Position numbers and translations under genes: made by a program
Part shown: positions 13,049 through 24,638 of the stretch, in pieces
Numbering within the stretch: the stretch's first letter is position 1
Layout of the letters: each line of letters begins with the position of its first letter
The notes under the pieces: model-generated
Database searches by the model: none
Seen by the model: the letters and a program-made list of their open reading frames with translations, nothing else
What the model was told of the DNA's origin: nothing
DNA from: Batkoa obscura
Lineage: Eukaryota
Reading direction: 5' to 3'
Assembly: GCA_030770535.1 (NCBI GenBank)
Contig: JASVEC010000123.1
Coordinates: 1-45,671 of the forward strand
Length of the DNA: 45,671 nucleotides

Positions 13049-14105
13049 TATATTATGTTTTTCATTAAGATTGTATTAAATCAATGATTATTAGGTTATT
13101 TTTAGTTAAGAATAGGAAGCACACTTTTAATTAAATTAGATAATAGTAAATAAACTAAATAAGACTTACATAACCTTCCATATAAAACCTATTCCAAGAT
13201 ATGACTTTAATTGATAAGTTCACTTACCTTATCCTTCTAATATTTAGTTTAACAAGTAGTTAGCACTTAAACCCATATGCTTTCGGAAAGTTTAAGAATT
13301 GTATAACATAATGAAACATGGTCAGATGATAGCTTTCAATAACTAATGTATAAACAAAGTAAATATCTGAGAATATATACATTACAGTATTCATTAATCT
13401 ATTATTGTAACTTAATATGAAATCATTGATACTTAATTTAATTTTGATAATTGTATATGTGCTTTGAGTAATCATGAATAACCTAAGATTTATCTTCCAT
13501 CAACTCATACCACTCTAAATTAGCACTCATTAACTTTTACTTTAATAAAATAGTAGCGGGATAAGATAGCGTCCATAAACTGATAGTTACTAAATAGTAA
13601 TATAAGTAAGTAGTTTATAAATTGATACATTATGGATTAGTAGATTAGTAGATTCTATCTATTTATGTAGATATTTTAATTTAAATTGTTATCATTATTT
13701 AATTCATATTAATTTAATTGTAAGTTAGATTTTTATATTAGTCTAATTAAGTTCTAGATTAATTATTGATAGTTTAAATTAGTTATCAAGTTGTGGATTT
13801 TTTATTTACATTTTCTACTTTCTTAATAAAAATTGAATAAAAATTCAAATTTTGAAAAGAATATTGATAAAACGTAAATTTAATATTTATTAACTTTGAC
13901 ATTTAAAATATGTAAGTTTTAAGTGATCTTTTAATTTAATTTTGTCAACAAGAATGTATAATCAAACCTGAAATATAAAATATCATTAATACCAATTTAT
14001 TTTATTATTATAAAACAAACCCAGTGTTTACCTTATTAAATAAATAAATTAGAAAAGTATGGCCTTTCGAATTAATTGTTTCAAATAAATGGATTTAATA
14101 TAATG

Positions 14106-14250
14106 TAAATAATATAAATAATATAAACAATATAAATAATATAAACAATATAAATAATATAAACAATATAAATAATATAAATAATATAAATAATATAAAT
14201 AATATAAATAATATAAATAATATAAATAATATAAATAATATAAATAACAT
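14106..14250. repeat. 9-bp AT-rich minisatellite (TAAAYAATA)n, about 16 units
   Basis: Directly visible tandem units, just 3' of the gene at 14294-14620. Confidence 0.9.
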
Positions 14251-14293
14251 GAATAATATAATCAACTTATTTTATTATTTCACATAATTGTTA

Positions 14294-14620
14294 TTAGTAA
14301 CTCACTGGATAAGTAATTGGCTGATAAGGTTCTTCAATAGGGAGGATTCTAATTGGACCACCATAGATTGGTGGAGACTTAATAGGACCGCCATAAATAG
14401 GTGGAGACTTAATAGGACCACCATAGATAGGTGGAGAAATAATAGGTGGAGAGGTAATTGGACCTCCGTAAACAGGAGGATATTTAGTTGGTGGAGTAAT
14501 AATAATTGGTGGCGAAATAATTGGAGATTTATAACTAGTATCACTCACTGGTGAAGATGATATGTAATCTGAAGCGTATGCACTAGCAATTAAAGTCAAG
14601 GTGGGAATTAGGAATTTCAT
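14294..14620 (-). CDS. Secreted Pro/Tyr-rich protein 2 (SPPIYGGPIK repeats)
   Basis: Signal peptide MKFLIPTLTLIASAYA-SDY; four PP(I/V)YGGPI repeats; ILPI..PY motif; ends PVSY. Confidence 0.87.
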   Translation of the reverse strand: MKFLIPTLTLIASAYASDYISSSPVSDTSYKSPIISPPIIITPPTKYPPVYGGPITSPPIISPPIYGGPIKSPPIYGGPIKSPPIYGGPIRILPIEEPYQPITYPVSY

Positions 14621-16005
14621 ATTAAGTAAAGTTAAATTAATGAATAAATTAATGTCGTTTTTTTTTTATTTCAAGAAGTTGGTTGGCCTTTTATAGCTAT
14701 TTAAGGTCTATTTTATTCATTAGTACCTTTTTTTTCTGTTTTATTTTACATTGTCTAGTTTTATTTTATTCAAACTCCACACTATTTATTTAAGGGCTTT
14801 ATTTTCACTGAAATCTCGTTTTATTTGTTACTAAAATTTAAAAGATTAACTTTGAATAAAATTTAGATTTAAATAAACCCTATTTTATTTTAATTCTTAG
14901 TTGATAGAGTTATTATTTATATAAGAATGTCTTTTTTTTTAAAAATTCTATTAATAATTTCCCCTTTTGATAAGAGCTTAAGAAAAAAACAATACTAAAA
15001 AAACAAAACTATATCTTTCAATATCATCTAATAGATTTATATAGTAAATCTATATATTTGTTTTTTTAGAATCAACATTCCTATAAAATAGATTATCAGT
15101 TATCTAATCAACTAGATTGAATCTCATTTTAAAAAAAATAAAACATTGAAAGAATCAAAGCCCCAAGTATTTCATTATTCGAAGAATGTTAAGTTCAGAT
15201 TATATGATAAATAGTAGAAGAGATAGGGAAAAGAAGAGTAAGTCAAGAAATAAGAATTTGAATGAAAGGTATTCTTTTTATTCCAAATATTAAAGCTATT
15301 ATAGCTCTTTTGTAACTTAATAAAATGTTCATTTAAAAACTGAAATTCTATTAAGATTCTAATAAAATATAAGGATCTGAGGTTAAAAAAATTGGCTATA
15401 TAAAGAGTTTAGTTATGAAAACTATTCCTAAAAAAATCGTAAGGGAGTTATTATAGCTTTATAAAAATCAAAATAAACAAAGTATCAAGCTTTGACAATA
15501 AATCTTACTCAATTTTTGTTCAAATAGTTGAAATTTTAAGGTATTAATATGCCTTTTTTGAAAAAATTGCTGTTAGTAGAAGATATGGATTTGCAAACTA
15601 ATTAATTGGTCATTTAAAAGTAAGTCGATGCTAAAACTCAACTAAAATTCAAGGATCAGACTTAATAAGATCCATTTTATCAATATGTTTTAGTATAAAA
15701 ATTATAATAGATGGTTAATAAAAGAGATCGCATAGTTGAAATTACTTTAATCTTTTATTTGAACTGAATATACTAAGTCGGGTCTATTTCCATTTCTTAG
15801 TACAAACTAGTACTATATAATCATTTAAAGATTAAAAGATAGATGTTAAGCTTCAATATAGAAAAAAATTTACAATTGTAAAAATTGGAGTTACACATTG
15901 CCCGTAGAAATCAGAAAAATGTTTACAAACAGCATAAAATATAACATTTCAATTCATTTACATTAAAATTCAAAAATAATTTTAAAATTCAATAAATCTT
16001 TATTC

Positions 16006-16578
16006 TTAATAAGTTATTGGATTAACAGGAAGTTGATAAGGATTTGGAATTGGTAAAATAGTAATTGGGTTATTTTGATAATTAGGTAATGAAATCACAG
16101 GTATATTGTAGCTTGGTGGAATTACAATTGGTGAAGTGCTGTAGCTTGGTGGAGTAGTATAGCTTGGAGGGTTACTTGGTGGAGGAGTATTATAACTTGG
16201 TGGATTACTTGGTGGTGGATTACTTGGTGGAGGAGTTTCATAACTTGGGGGGTTACTTGGTGGAGGAGTTTCATAGCTTGGGGGGTTACTTGGTGGAGGA
16301 TTACTTGGTGGAGGAGTTTCATAGCTTGGAGGGTTACTTGGTGGGGGAGTTTCATAGCTTGGTGGAGTTTTGATTGGTTTTTCAGGCTTCTCTGGTTTAT
16401 CATCATAAGTAGGAGGATTTTTAACTGGTTTTTCAGGCTTCTCTGGTTTATCATCGTAAGTAGGAGGACTTTTAGCTGGTTTTTCAGGTTTACTATTATA
16501 ACTTGGTGGAGATGGAGTGTAATCCGATGCAATTATAACTGTAATTAAAGCAAAAATAATGAGGATGAATTTGTTCAT
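16006..16578 (-). CDS. Secreted Pro/Tyr-rich protein 3 (PPTYDDKPEKP and PPSNPPSYET repeats)
   Basis: Signal peptide followed by SDY; internal coding repeats; ends ILPIPNPYQLPVNPITY. Confidence 0.9.
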   Translation of the reverse strand: MNKFILIIFALITVIIASDYTPSPPSYNSKPEKPAKSPPTYDDKPEKPEKPVKNPPTYDDKPEKPEKPIKTPPSYETPPPSNPPSYETPPPSNPPPSNPPSYETPPPSNPPSYETPPPSNPPPSNPPSYNTPPPSNPPSYTTPPSYSTSPIVIPPSYNIPVISLPNYQNNPITILPIPNPYQLPVNPITY

Positions 16579-18317
16579 AATGAAATAAATTAGGTAGTAG
16601 CAAATAAATAGAATGAAATGTTTTTATTTTTATTTTTGAGTTTTATGTCTGTTTTTATAGTCTTCATACATCAGCTTAAACTAATTTATTATCATCGGTT
16701 TATGCTGATATTGGTTGTGTTGAGTTTAGTTTATTTTCAATTTGCCCATTTTTTCAGCGTTTTCAATAATATAAATCTGGTTTATAACTAAAACATGTAA
16801 AATATAATTAACTTTTGTGGATAATAGAATCCAATCTAGCTCTCAATAATTGTGGAATTTATTTCATCGACTCCAATCTTTGCTGTTTCTATACTTTGAG
16901 AAAGGGGTATTTATTTTATAGTTAACCGTAGTAACACTATGCTTTCAATATTAAAACTATTTTAAATGTCAATAAAATAAAGGTTCAGCCAGTTTAACTA
17001 ACATCTTGAGCTTCAATTTCGCTCTAGGTGTTTTAATTTCAAAAATCTACCCAACTTAAAATAAACTTGAGGGTTTAGATATAAAACTAAACTGAATTTT
17101 AGTCAAACTATCTTAAATCTTAAGGGTGTTTAAAATTTACCTCAAATATTTAGCTATTTAAGTTGAAACATGCTTTAAATAACCATACATTTAAAAATAA
17201 AAACTTAAACTCAAGGTTCATGTCAACGCACTAATACAACTTATTAGTTATAGAAATTATTGAGATATAGAGTAAATTTCAAGTTTAATAGCTACAATAA
17301 AATAAAATTAATCAAATAGTAAAGTTATGGTAAGTATAAGATTATTAAAAGATGATATTATCAGTCTGGTTGCATATAAGGTTAGTTGAAATTGAAGACA
17401 GTTGATGGGTTTATACAATTATCTTAGAGCTATTCTTAGATGATTTTGGGAACGAAAGGTTTCAATAAAGTTAGAAATGATTTTATATTGTATGTTAAGA
17501 ATAGGGTTTCTTTATAATTAAAGATCTGTAATTTTGTTATGAATCTATTTCCAAAAGAAAATTTTTCCAATAAGATATTTCATGGATAGCTCGCTTGCTC
17601 AGATATACTCTGTTAAAAGATTACCAATGAAAGTTGTCAAAATTGGTAAAAGTTATTTCTCAACTTGCTTACGATAATTATCAATGAATAAATATTTCTA
17701 TTTAATGTTTAACTATTGAGTTTGTTTTTTATAACCAAAAACTTGATTGTAATTACTTCTGCTTGATATCACTTTTTGTAAATACTATGGCTACTTTAAT
17801 AATACCTTTATATTTTCATAGTTCCCTCGAAAAATTGTAAAATTTCAATTAGCATATATTAGAAAAGGTATATAATGATTATTAAATATCAAATATCAAA
17901 TATTAAATGAGTTATAAAGAGAATCAGTATTTTTAAATAATTAATTCATTACTCTCAAACTAAACATGAATTCTTTGAAAGTTATTGAATATCTAAGTCG
18001 TCGCTATTCTATTTCAATAACTGACAAATGAAGGAACAATAATGGAAGTAAACAATAATTAAAAATAAAACGTAAGGTCTTTAAGTAAACATTATATAAA
18101 TAATTGATATCTATGGTCTAAAAAACTAAAGATTTTCAAATCAAAGAAGGATGAATTTTTCAAAGAATACTATGATCTTTTAAAATGTCACCGATTCTAA
18201 AATACTGAATATCATCTTATAAACGAACTAGGTTGCATATATGTGCAATTTTCGACTCAATAATTAAAAATAAAAAATTGTACAAACATTTTGATAAAAC
18301 CTAACCTACTTTTATTG

Positions 18318-18710
18318 TTAATAAGTTGTTGGATTGCTAATAGCTTGGTAAGTTTGAGGAATAGGTAAAATATTGATTGGATTTCCCTTATAGCTTGGTG
18401 ATGATATAACTGGAATGCTATAACTTGGTGAGGTAACAGCCGGAGGAGCGATAACTGGAAGGTTTCCATAACTTGGAGGAGTAGCAATTGGAGGAGTATT
18501 GGATGGTTTACCATGACTTGTATGTGGTTTCTTTGGTTTTTTGGACTTATCGCCATATTTTTTATGAATTTTACCTGAAATACCATAACTTGGTGGATTA
18601 TCTACCGGAAGATTATTATAAGATGGTGGATTAGCAACTGGAGGAGTTTGATTATAATCTTGAGCAGATACAGCTACAGATAGGGCTAAAATTAGTGTAA
18701 AGAATTTCAT
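18318..18710 (-). CDS. Secreted Pro/Tyr-rich protein 4 with a Lys/His-rich insert
   Basis: Signal peptide followed by QDY; PPSY repeats; ends ILPIPQTYQAISNPTTY. Confidence 0.87.
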   Translation of the reverse strand: MKFFTLILALSVAVSAQDYNQTPPVANPPSYNNLPVDNPPSYGISGKIHKKYGDKSKKPKKPHTSHGKPSNTPPIATPPSYGNLPVIAPPAVTSPSYSIPVISSPSYKGNPINILPIPQTYQAISNPTTY

Positions 18711-19256
18711 GTTAAAATGAATTAATGAGTTGTTATTGAATAAATAGATATAATGAGTTGTTTTTGGTTTTATCTTTTGGTTTTTAAACCTACCTTTATA
18801 GTATTTATGTATGTTTTTGCTAGTATAAACCAGTTTCTTGGCCTTTGAAATAGGTTGTGTTAGATCGAAATTCGTTTTATGGCTTTTTTTGAGAATATTT
18901 TTTGATTTTATTCAAAACTAAAAATTCGTAAAATACAGCTAAATTTGAAATTTAATATAAGCTGACCCTTGAAGCTTTCTCAGTTTATTTTAATAATATA
19001 AATTCGTCATTATTTATGTCCTTTAAAGACATAAACCTTATTTTAGTTTATCATTGTAAATCTGTCTTCCATCCTAAAACTTATTTTACGCACTTTTTTA
19101 AAATAATGGTTATGATTTAATAACAAGCCCAAAATTCAAAATAAACTTGGAATTTTAGTTAGAATTGACTAAATTTTGGTGGGAGGAAAATCTAAAATTT
19201 GAATAGTATTGTAATAATATTAAATTAATTTATTTGATGGTGTACAAACAATATAT

Positions 19257-19354
19257 GGGGATGTATTTTTGTGTTTAAGAATTTTACTAACAATCTTTCC
19301 ACGCAAATAGCGCTTAAAAGATGGAAAAGTAATAAAGCCAGAAAAAACACTCCC
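19257..19354 (+). mobile_element. MITE copy 6
   Basis: GGGGATG...CACTCCC with ATAT on both sides. Confidence 0.9.
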
Positions 19355-20004
19355 ATATGATTTTGATTTAATATGAATTGCAGGTATTAATGTGATTTTT
19401 ATTAAAATAAAATTGGTCGATTGGCAGAAAGATAGAATCTATATTACATTTAAAAGTGACATTACCATTTTAGTTGAATAACAGTATAATATTTGAGATG
19501 ACTAGAGCTTTAAATATTTGCTTTGTACTTATTTTTGATAAATATCAAATAATAGCCTTTGGTAAAGTAAGATGCAATGTTATTTTATACATTATGCGAT
19601 AGTATATTACTCGTAACTACAGCCTTTTTATACTTTAAATCTGATCCAAAAGAGATGTAAATTATGTATAAAGATAGATAATATAAATCCTCAAACGTTG
19701 TTAAAGGCTAACTATCAAGATGTTTATGGTGATTAATAGTATATAAATTGGTAATAAAAATAAAACATAGACAAATTTATGACTGAATTCTCAGCTTCTA
19801 TCGTTTTTTGTAGCTGAAGATTTTTGTAATTGCATTTTTATACACATTTGATATTTCAATTTTTTAACGTTAACATCAGTTTGATAGTACCCTTAAGATT
19901 TGATGCTTTTTATAAGAAAAGTTACAGTGACTTATCTTTATTAAGTTTCTGTGACTTCCATTATTAAGTTTTAATGAAAACACAACGAAAAAGATATTAT
20001 GATT

Positions 20005-20102
20005 GTGGATATATTTTTGTGTTTAGGGATTTTATCAACAATCTTTCCACTCAAATAGCACTTAAAAGATAGAAAAAGTAATGAAACCAAAAAAATCATC
20101 TC
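20005..20102 (+). mobile_element. MITE copy 7 (degenerate ends)
   Basis: Internal consensus TTTTTGTGTTTAGGGATTTT...TTCCACTCAAATAGCACTTAAAA...GTAATGAAACC. Confidence 0.8.
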
Positions 20103-20378
20103 TGTATTTTAAAATACCTGAACATTTGTAGAAAAATACAGGGTAGACGTGATTTTTATGGCACTTTCTAAATATATATTGCTATAAAATTAAAAAACAT
20201 TCAAACATAAAAATAGATGTTTTTATTTCCATGACTATTAAAGCTACTAATATGTTTTAATTTTTTAGTGTTTTAATTTTTAAAAGTATTTCTGAACAGC
20301 TCCGAACCTAATAAATTTACAGTGGGAAAAGCCACTCAAATTTTAATATATACGGTAATTAGGGTAAATTTTAGTAAT

Positions 20379-20475
20379 GGGGATGTATTTTTGTATTTAA
20401 GAATTTTACTGACAATTTTTCCACATAAATAGCGCTCAAAAATGGAAAAATAATGAAACTAAAAAAAACAGCCCC
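20379..20475 (+). mobile_element. MITE copy 8
   Basis: GGGGATGT...AAACAGCCCC. Confidence 0.88.
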
Positions 20476-20727
20476 AATATAAATTAAAAATGTAGGTCTT
20501 TGGCTTTATTAACTTAAGCTTTTGTATTTTTATTTTTATTATTAAAATGTTTAGGAATAGTGCCTTTTAAAGGGATAAAAAATGAGCTGAAGCTCTAAAA
20601 ACAATGTTTTCAAATAAATAATGCTTTGATAACGTTGGTTAAAAGCAACATTATAAATATTTGTTATGTACTTATGTTTATTATCATAGTCTTTTTTTGT
20701 AGATTTTTTAATAATGTATATGCATAT

Positions 20728-20826
20728 GGGGATATATTTTTATGTTTAAGAGTTTTATTAACAAATTTTCCGCTTAAATAGCGCTTAAAAAATGGAAAAA
20801 ATAATGAAGTCAAGAAAGACATCCCC
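20728..20826 (+). mobile_element. MITE copy 9
   Basis: GGGGATAT...ACATCCCC with ATAT on both sides. Confidence 0.9.
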
Positions 20827-21528
20827 ATATATTAAATAAACTATTTTTTAAATGTGGGGTTGATTTATTCAAACGTTGTTATTAGTTAAAAATTTAGCAG
20901 TTTCCGTATTGATATAATATTTTATAATGTTATTATAAATTTATATATACATATTTTATATATATTGTGTTTAAAATGTTTCTGATAGAATTTTAATTTT
21001 TTTAGCATTTTTATTTGTAATATTATATAACAGCCACTTCAACTTCTAGAGATAGTAACTTCAATATTTCATAATTTATAGATAAATTCAAATTCTAAAA
21101 GGGATACACATAGGACATATATTGATAAATTTTATCATCAATCAACTTTGCTTTTTTCTTTTAGCTCCAGCTATTTTAGAAAATTCCATGAAACTTCCTT
21201 TGACTCTGTGATTTTACAAAATCAAGTTCACTTTTCCCAAGTTAAACGATAATTTTTTAAAGTTGATAAATTAAAGTTACAGCGCTTCATTACAATTAGC
21301 TCATTTCAGTATTAATTTTTAGCTTTTAGAATAGTTAACATTTTAATTTAATAATCTTTAAAAGCTATTTAATACATTGATTAGAGCTTTGACTTTTCTG
21401 ATCAAAAGTATGGATTTTTTATACTTTGTTTATGAAGCATTTGTTTATTCTAAATTATTATTTATCTAATTACTCTTCTTTATTCATTAGCGATAAGTTT
21501 ATTAAGGTTACAATATTATAAAACAAAT

Positions 21529-21622
21529 GGAGATGTTTTTTTTTGGTTTCATTATTTTCTCCATTTTTCAAGCGCTATTTGAGCGGAAAGATTGTTAGTA
21601 AAATTCTTAAAAATACATCCTC
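21529..21622 (-). mobile_element. MITE copy 10 (reverse orientation)
   Basis: GGAGATG...ACATCCTC; reverse complement of the consensus. Confidence 0.85.
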
Positions 21623-21639
21623 AATGTAAATTGCTATAT

Positions 21640-21738
21640 GGAGATGATTTTTTTGATTTCATTACTTTTTCCACCTTTTAAGCACTATTTGAGCCGAAAA
21701 TTTATTAGTAAAATTCTTAAACACAAAAATACATCCCC
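21640..21738 (-). mobile_element. MITE copy 11 (reverse orientation)
   Basis: GGAGATG...ACATCCCC with ATAT on both sides; 17 bp from copy 10. Confidence 0.88.
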
Positions 21739-22060
21739 ATATACTAAAAAGGAACATAAAATCTTAAGAACAAGGTTGTTTTAAGGTAGAGAATATTGGT
21801 GAAAGCATGCCATAGATTTAAGACTATCTAAATTAAAAGCTGATATTAGGGTTAAAATCCATCATATCCTAAAGTAAAGTGTATAGCTAACTAATTTATG
21901 TTTATTGTAAACTAGTTCTAAAACGCTAACAATCGAAAAAGTCAAAAGCAATTTATGTTGCAATATCAGATACTATGTAAAGAAGGGATCAAAATTTAAA
22001 CATTGTAACATTCAAAAATCTAAAAATAGTTACTTATAAAGATAGATTAAATTTTTATTA

Positions 22061-22480
22061 CTAATAAATTGCTGCCTTAACTACTGAACCTATTACGATT
22101 GGTAGTTTAAGAATAGGCAAAGAAAGGATGGGCTTTTTAGATGGTGGAGTACTATAACTTGGTGGAGGATTACTTGGTGGAGAAGTTTCGTAACTTGGTG
22201 GGTTACTTGGTGGAGGATTGCTTGGTGGAGTACTGTAACTTGGTGGGTTACTTGGTGGAGGATTACTTGGTGGAGGATTACTTGGTGGAGGATTACTTGG
22301 TGGAGTAACAATTGGTGGGATAACAACTGGTGGAGTATCGTATGTTGGAGGACTAACTGGCGGAGTATTGTAGCTTGGAGGAATTACAATTGGGGGAGAG
22401 TTATAACTTGATGGGACTGGATTATAATCTAAAGCGTACGTAGTAACAGCTAAAGTCAAGATTGGAATAAATAACTTCAT
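22061..22480 (-). CDS. Secreted Pro/Tyr-rich protein 5 (PPSNP repeats)
   Basis: Signal peptide MKLFIPILTLAVTTYA-LDY; PPSY/PPSN repeats; ends in Y. Confidence 0.87.
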   Translation of the reverse strand: MKLFIPILTLAVTTYALDYNPVPSSYNSPPIVIPPSYNTPPVSPPTYDTPPVVIPPIVTPPSNPPPSNPPPSNPPPSNPPSYSTPPSNPPPSNPPSYETSPPSNPPPSYSTPPSKKPILSLPILKLPIVIGSVVKAAIY

Positions 22481-23353
22481 ATTAAGTTGTATTAATGAGT
22501 CGTTAAATAAATAAATAGAATGATTGTTCTTTTCATTTTAAAGTCCATAGGCTTATTTTTATAGTATTTTTAGACTATGTTAATAATATACACCTGCCTC
22601 TTGACTTTTAAAATTAGTAGTGTCTGACCCAAGTCATTTTAAACTCATCCATTTTATTGAGGGTTTTTTAAATAGCTTGGTTTGTCATGTTTGAAACTAA
22701 AATTTCTAAGCTATAAATTTTAAATAGTTCAGTATAATATAACTTTCAACACTTTCCTACTTTATTTAATATTTTTACGTCGTCAATATTTATTTTAAAA
22801 CGGCTTTTGCTAGCTTACCATTATAGTTTTTTAAGAGCTATTTTACATCTCTAACAAAATCAGACTAATAGCTCAATGGTTTAAGGCCATTTTAATTATT
22901 AATTAAGATCACTTCATGAAATCTAACTCAACTTTAAATTAGATTTTTAGACACAAATTAGACTAAATTTTAGTCAGACATTTTAAAATTTTGTGGGTGA
23001 AATGATAATTTTAACACACTTTGAGTACTAAAAAATTAATCCTATTTTAGCGTATAAATTTGAATTTGAATTGTGTAGACTATAACTAGAAATGATTTAT
23101 TTTATTAAAATAAAACCAGCTTATTAGATAGAAGATACAGTGATTAATATTTAGTTTTTATTAGATAACTATTGTAAATATTATGAATAGTTTTTTTTAT
23201 CAAAATATCAATCTTAAAGGGAGGATATCCCGTAACCATGTGTGATGTCCAAGAGGCTCCAACATGTTAATCTAAATAGTATTTTGGATATAGAATCAAA
23301 AAGATTAATAAACTAAATTTTAAACAATGGTTTATTTTGACACTTTGCAACGC

Positions 23354-23662
23354 TTAAAGAAAAATAGGAATTGGGGGAAAATTATTAGTTGTATCAGTAG
23401 GTTTTGAATCGGTAGGAGTACCTAGGTAAAAAACTGGAGCTTGGCTATCAGCTATAGAGTTGGTTATCAAATCCAATTTACTTGTAAAGTTGCTACGTTT
23501 GTTGATTAGGGATTTAGTAGTCCCTTCCTGATGGTTTAAATACATAAAATTTGAACTGCACTCATTCCGAAGTGATATTAAAGGGCGATGATCATTAAAT
23601 GAATTTAAGCTCATTTTGTGACAACTTACAAGAGTTAAGATAGATACGAAATATAAATTCAT
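23354..23662 (-). CDS. Small putative secreted protein (102 aa), function unknown
   Basis: Hydrophobic N-terminus MNLYFVSILTLVSC; TATA-like TATAAAA ~45 bp upstream; no recognised domain. Confidence 0.5.
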   Translation of the reverse strand: MNLYFVSILTLVSCHKMSLNSFNDHRPLISLRNECSSNFMYLNHQEGTTKSLINKRSNFTSKLDLITNSIADSQAPVFYLGTPTDSKPTDTTNNFPPIPIFL

Positions 23663-24146
23663 TATTTGAATTAATGTATGAATATTAAAGGAATCTATTT
23701 CACTTTTATACTATATTTTCATGGTTTTCTTTAATACCCATCTTGCTTATTCTGGATTCTTTCCCCTTAACTCTTAAAAATCTAGTTTCTTTAAAAAAAT
23801 TTTAATGATTCTACCCCCTTATTTTATTTGAGTTTTGAGTTTTTAAACATAAAGTGCTTATGTAATACTAATTTAAAATTTAAATAAAACAAGTTAGTCA
23901 AATAATTTATCAAATTTGAAATAAAACTAATACAGTATAGCAAACTTGTAATTCGCAATATCTACTTATTTTGATTTTTTGATAGATCCAGTCCCCACGA
24001 TAAACTAAAAACTCAGCCTGTAAAAACTCGCTTACAAACAACCATATTGTAACTTAAACATACTATTTCATTATTTATATTTTAAAAAACATTTGTAAAA
24101 CTTAAAAGACAAAAATTCATAAATAAATACCATTTTAATAAATAAT

Positions 24147-24638
24147 TTAATAAATAGGGGTTGGGTTGTAGCTAGGATGGCTATCGTAATGTGGAGTTGA
24201 AGGTGGAACATAGCTAGGTGGAGTAATAACTGGTGGTCCGTAGCTTGGTGGGGTAATAACTGGTGGTCCGTAGCTAGGTGGAGTAACAACTGGTGGTCCG
24301 TAACTTGGTGGAGTACTAGGTGGAGTATAACTAGGTGGAGTAATATCAGGGGTATAACTTGGTGGAGTTAATACAGGGGGGCCATAATTTGGTGGAGTGA
24401 TAACTGGTGGACCATAGCTTGGTGGTGTACTAGGTGGAGTATAACTAGGTGGAGTTAATACAGGTGGGCCATAACTTGGTGGAGTTATATCTGGAATATA
24501 ATGTGGTGGGGTAATAGCAGGTGGTCCATAGCTTGGTGGGGTAACTACAGGTGGAGTATAACTTGGAGGTTTTGGAGTATAGTCGTTAGCAAAAGCTAAG
24601 GAAGCAAGAGCAAGAGAGGTTAATAAGAAATTATGCAT
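24147..24638 (-). CDS. Secreted Pro/Tyr-rich protein 6 (TPPSYGPPV repeats, extensin/PRP-like)
   Basis: Signal peptide followed by NDY; about 13 decapeptide repeats (PPSYGPPVIT / PPSYTPPSTP); ends PTPIY. Confidence 0.9.
   Translation of the reverse strand: MHNFLLTSLALASLAFANDYTPKPPSYTPPVVTPPSYGPPAITPPHYIPDITPPSYGPPVLTPPSYTPPSTPPSYGPPVITPPNYGPPVLTPPSYTPDITPPSYTPPSTPPSYGPPVVTPPSYGPPVITPPSYGPPVITPPSYVPPSTPHYDSHPSYNPTPIY

Noticed and set aside
12170..13600. Possible decayed F-box/LRR-like gene remnants (also ~15100-15800, 17250-17750 and 21000-21480)
   Set aside because: Only a coding-like texture with many stops; no motif can be assigned without a homology search.
14288..24289. Alternative-frame ORFs rich in LLHQV (14302, 16122, 18257, 22093, 24071) and antisense ORFs (14288, 16164)
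   Set aside because: They are shadows of the Pro-rich repeat coding frames.
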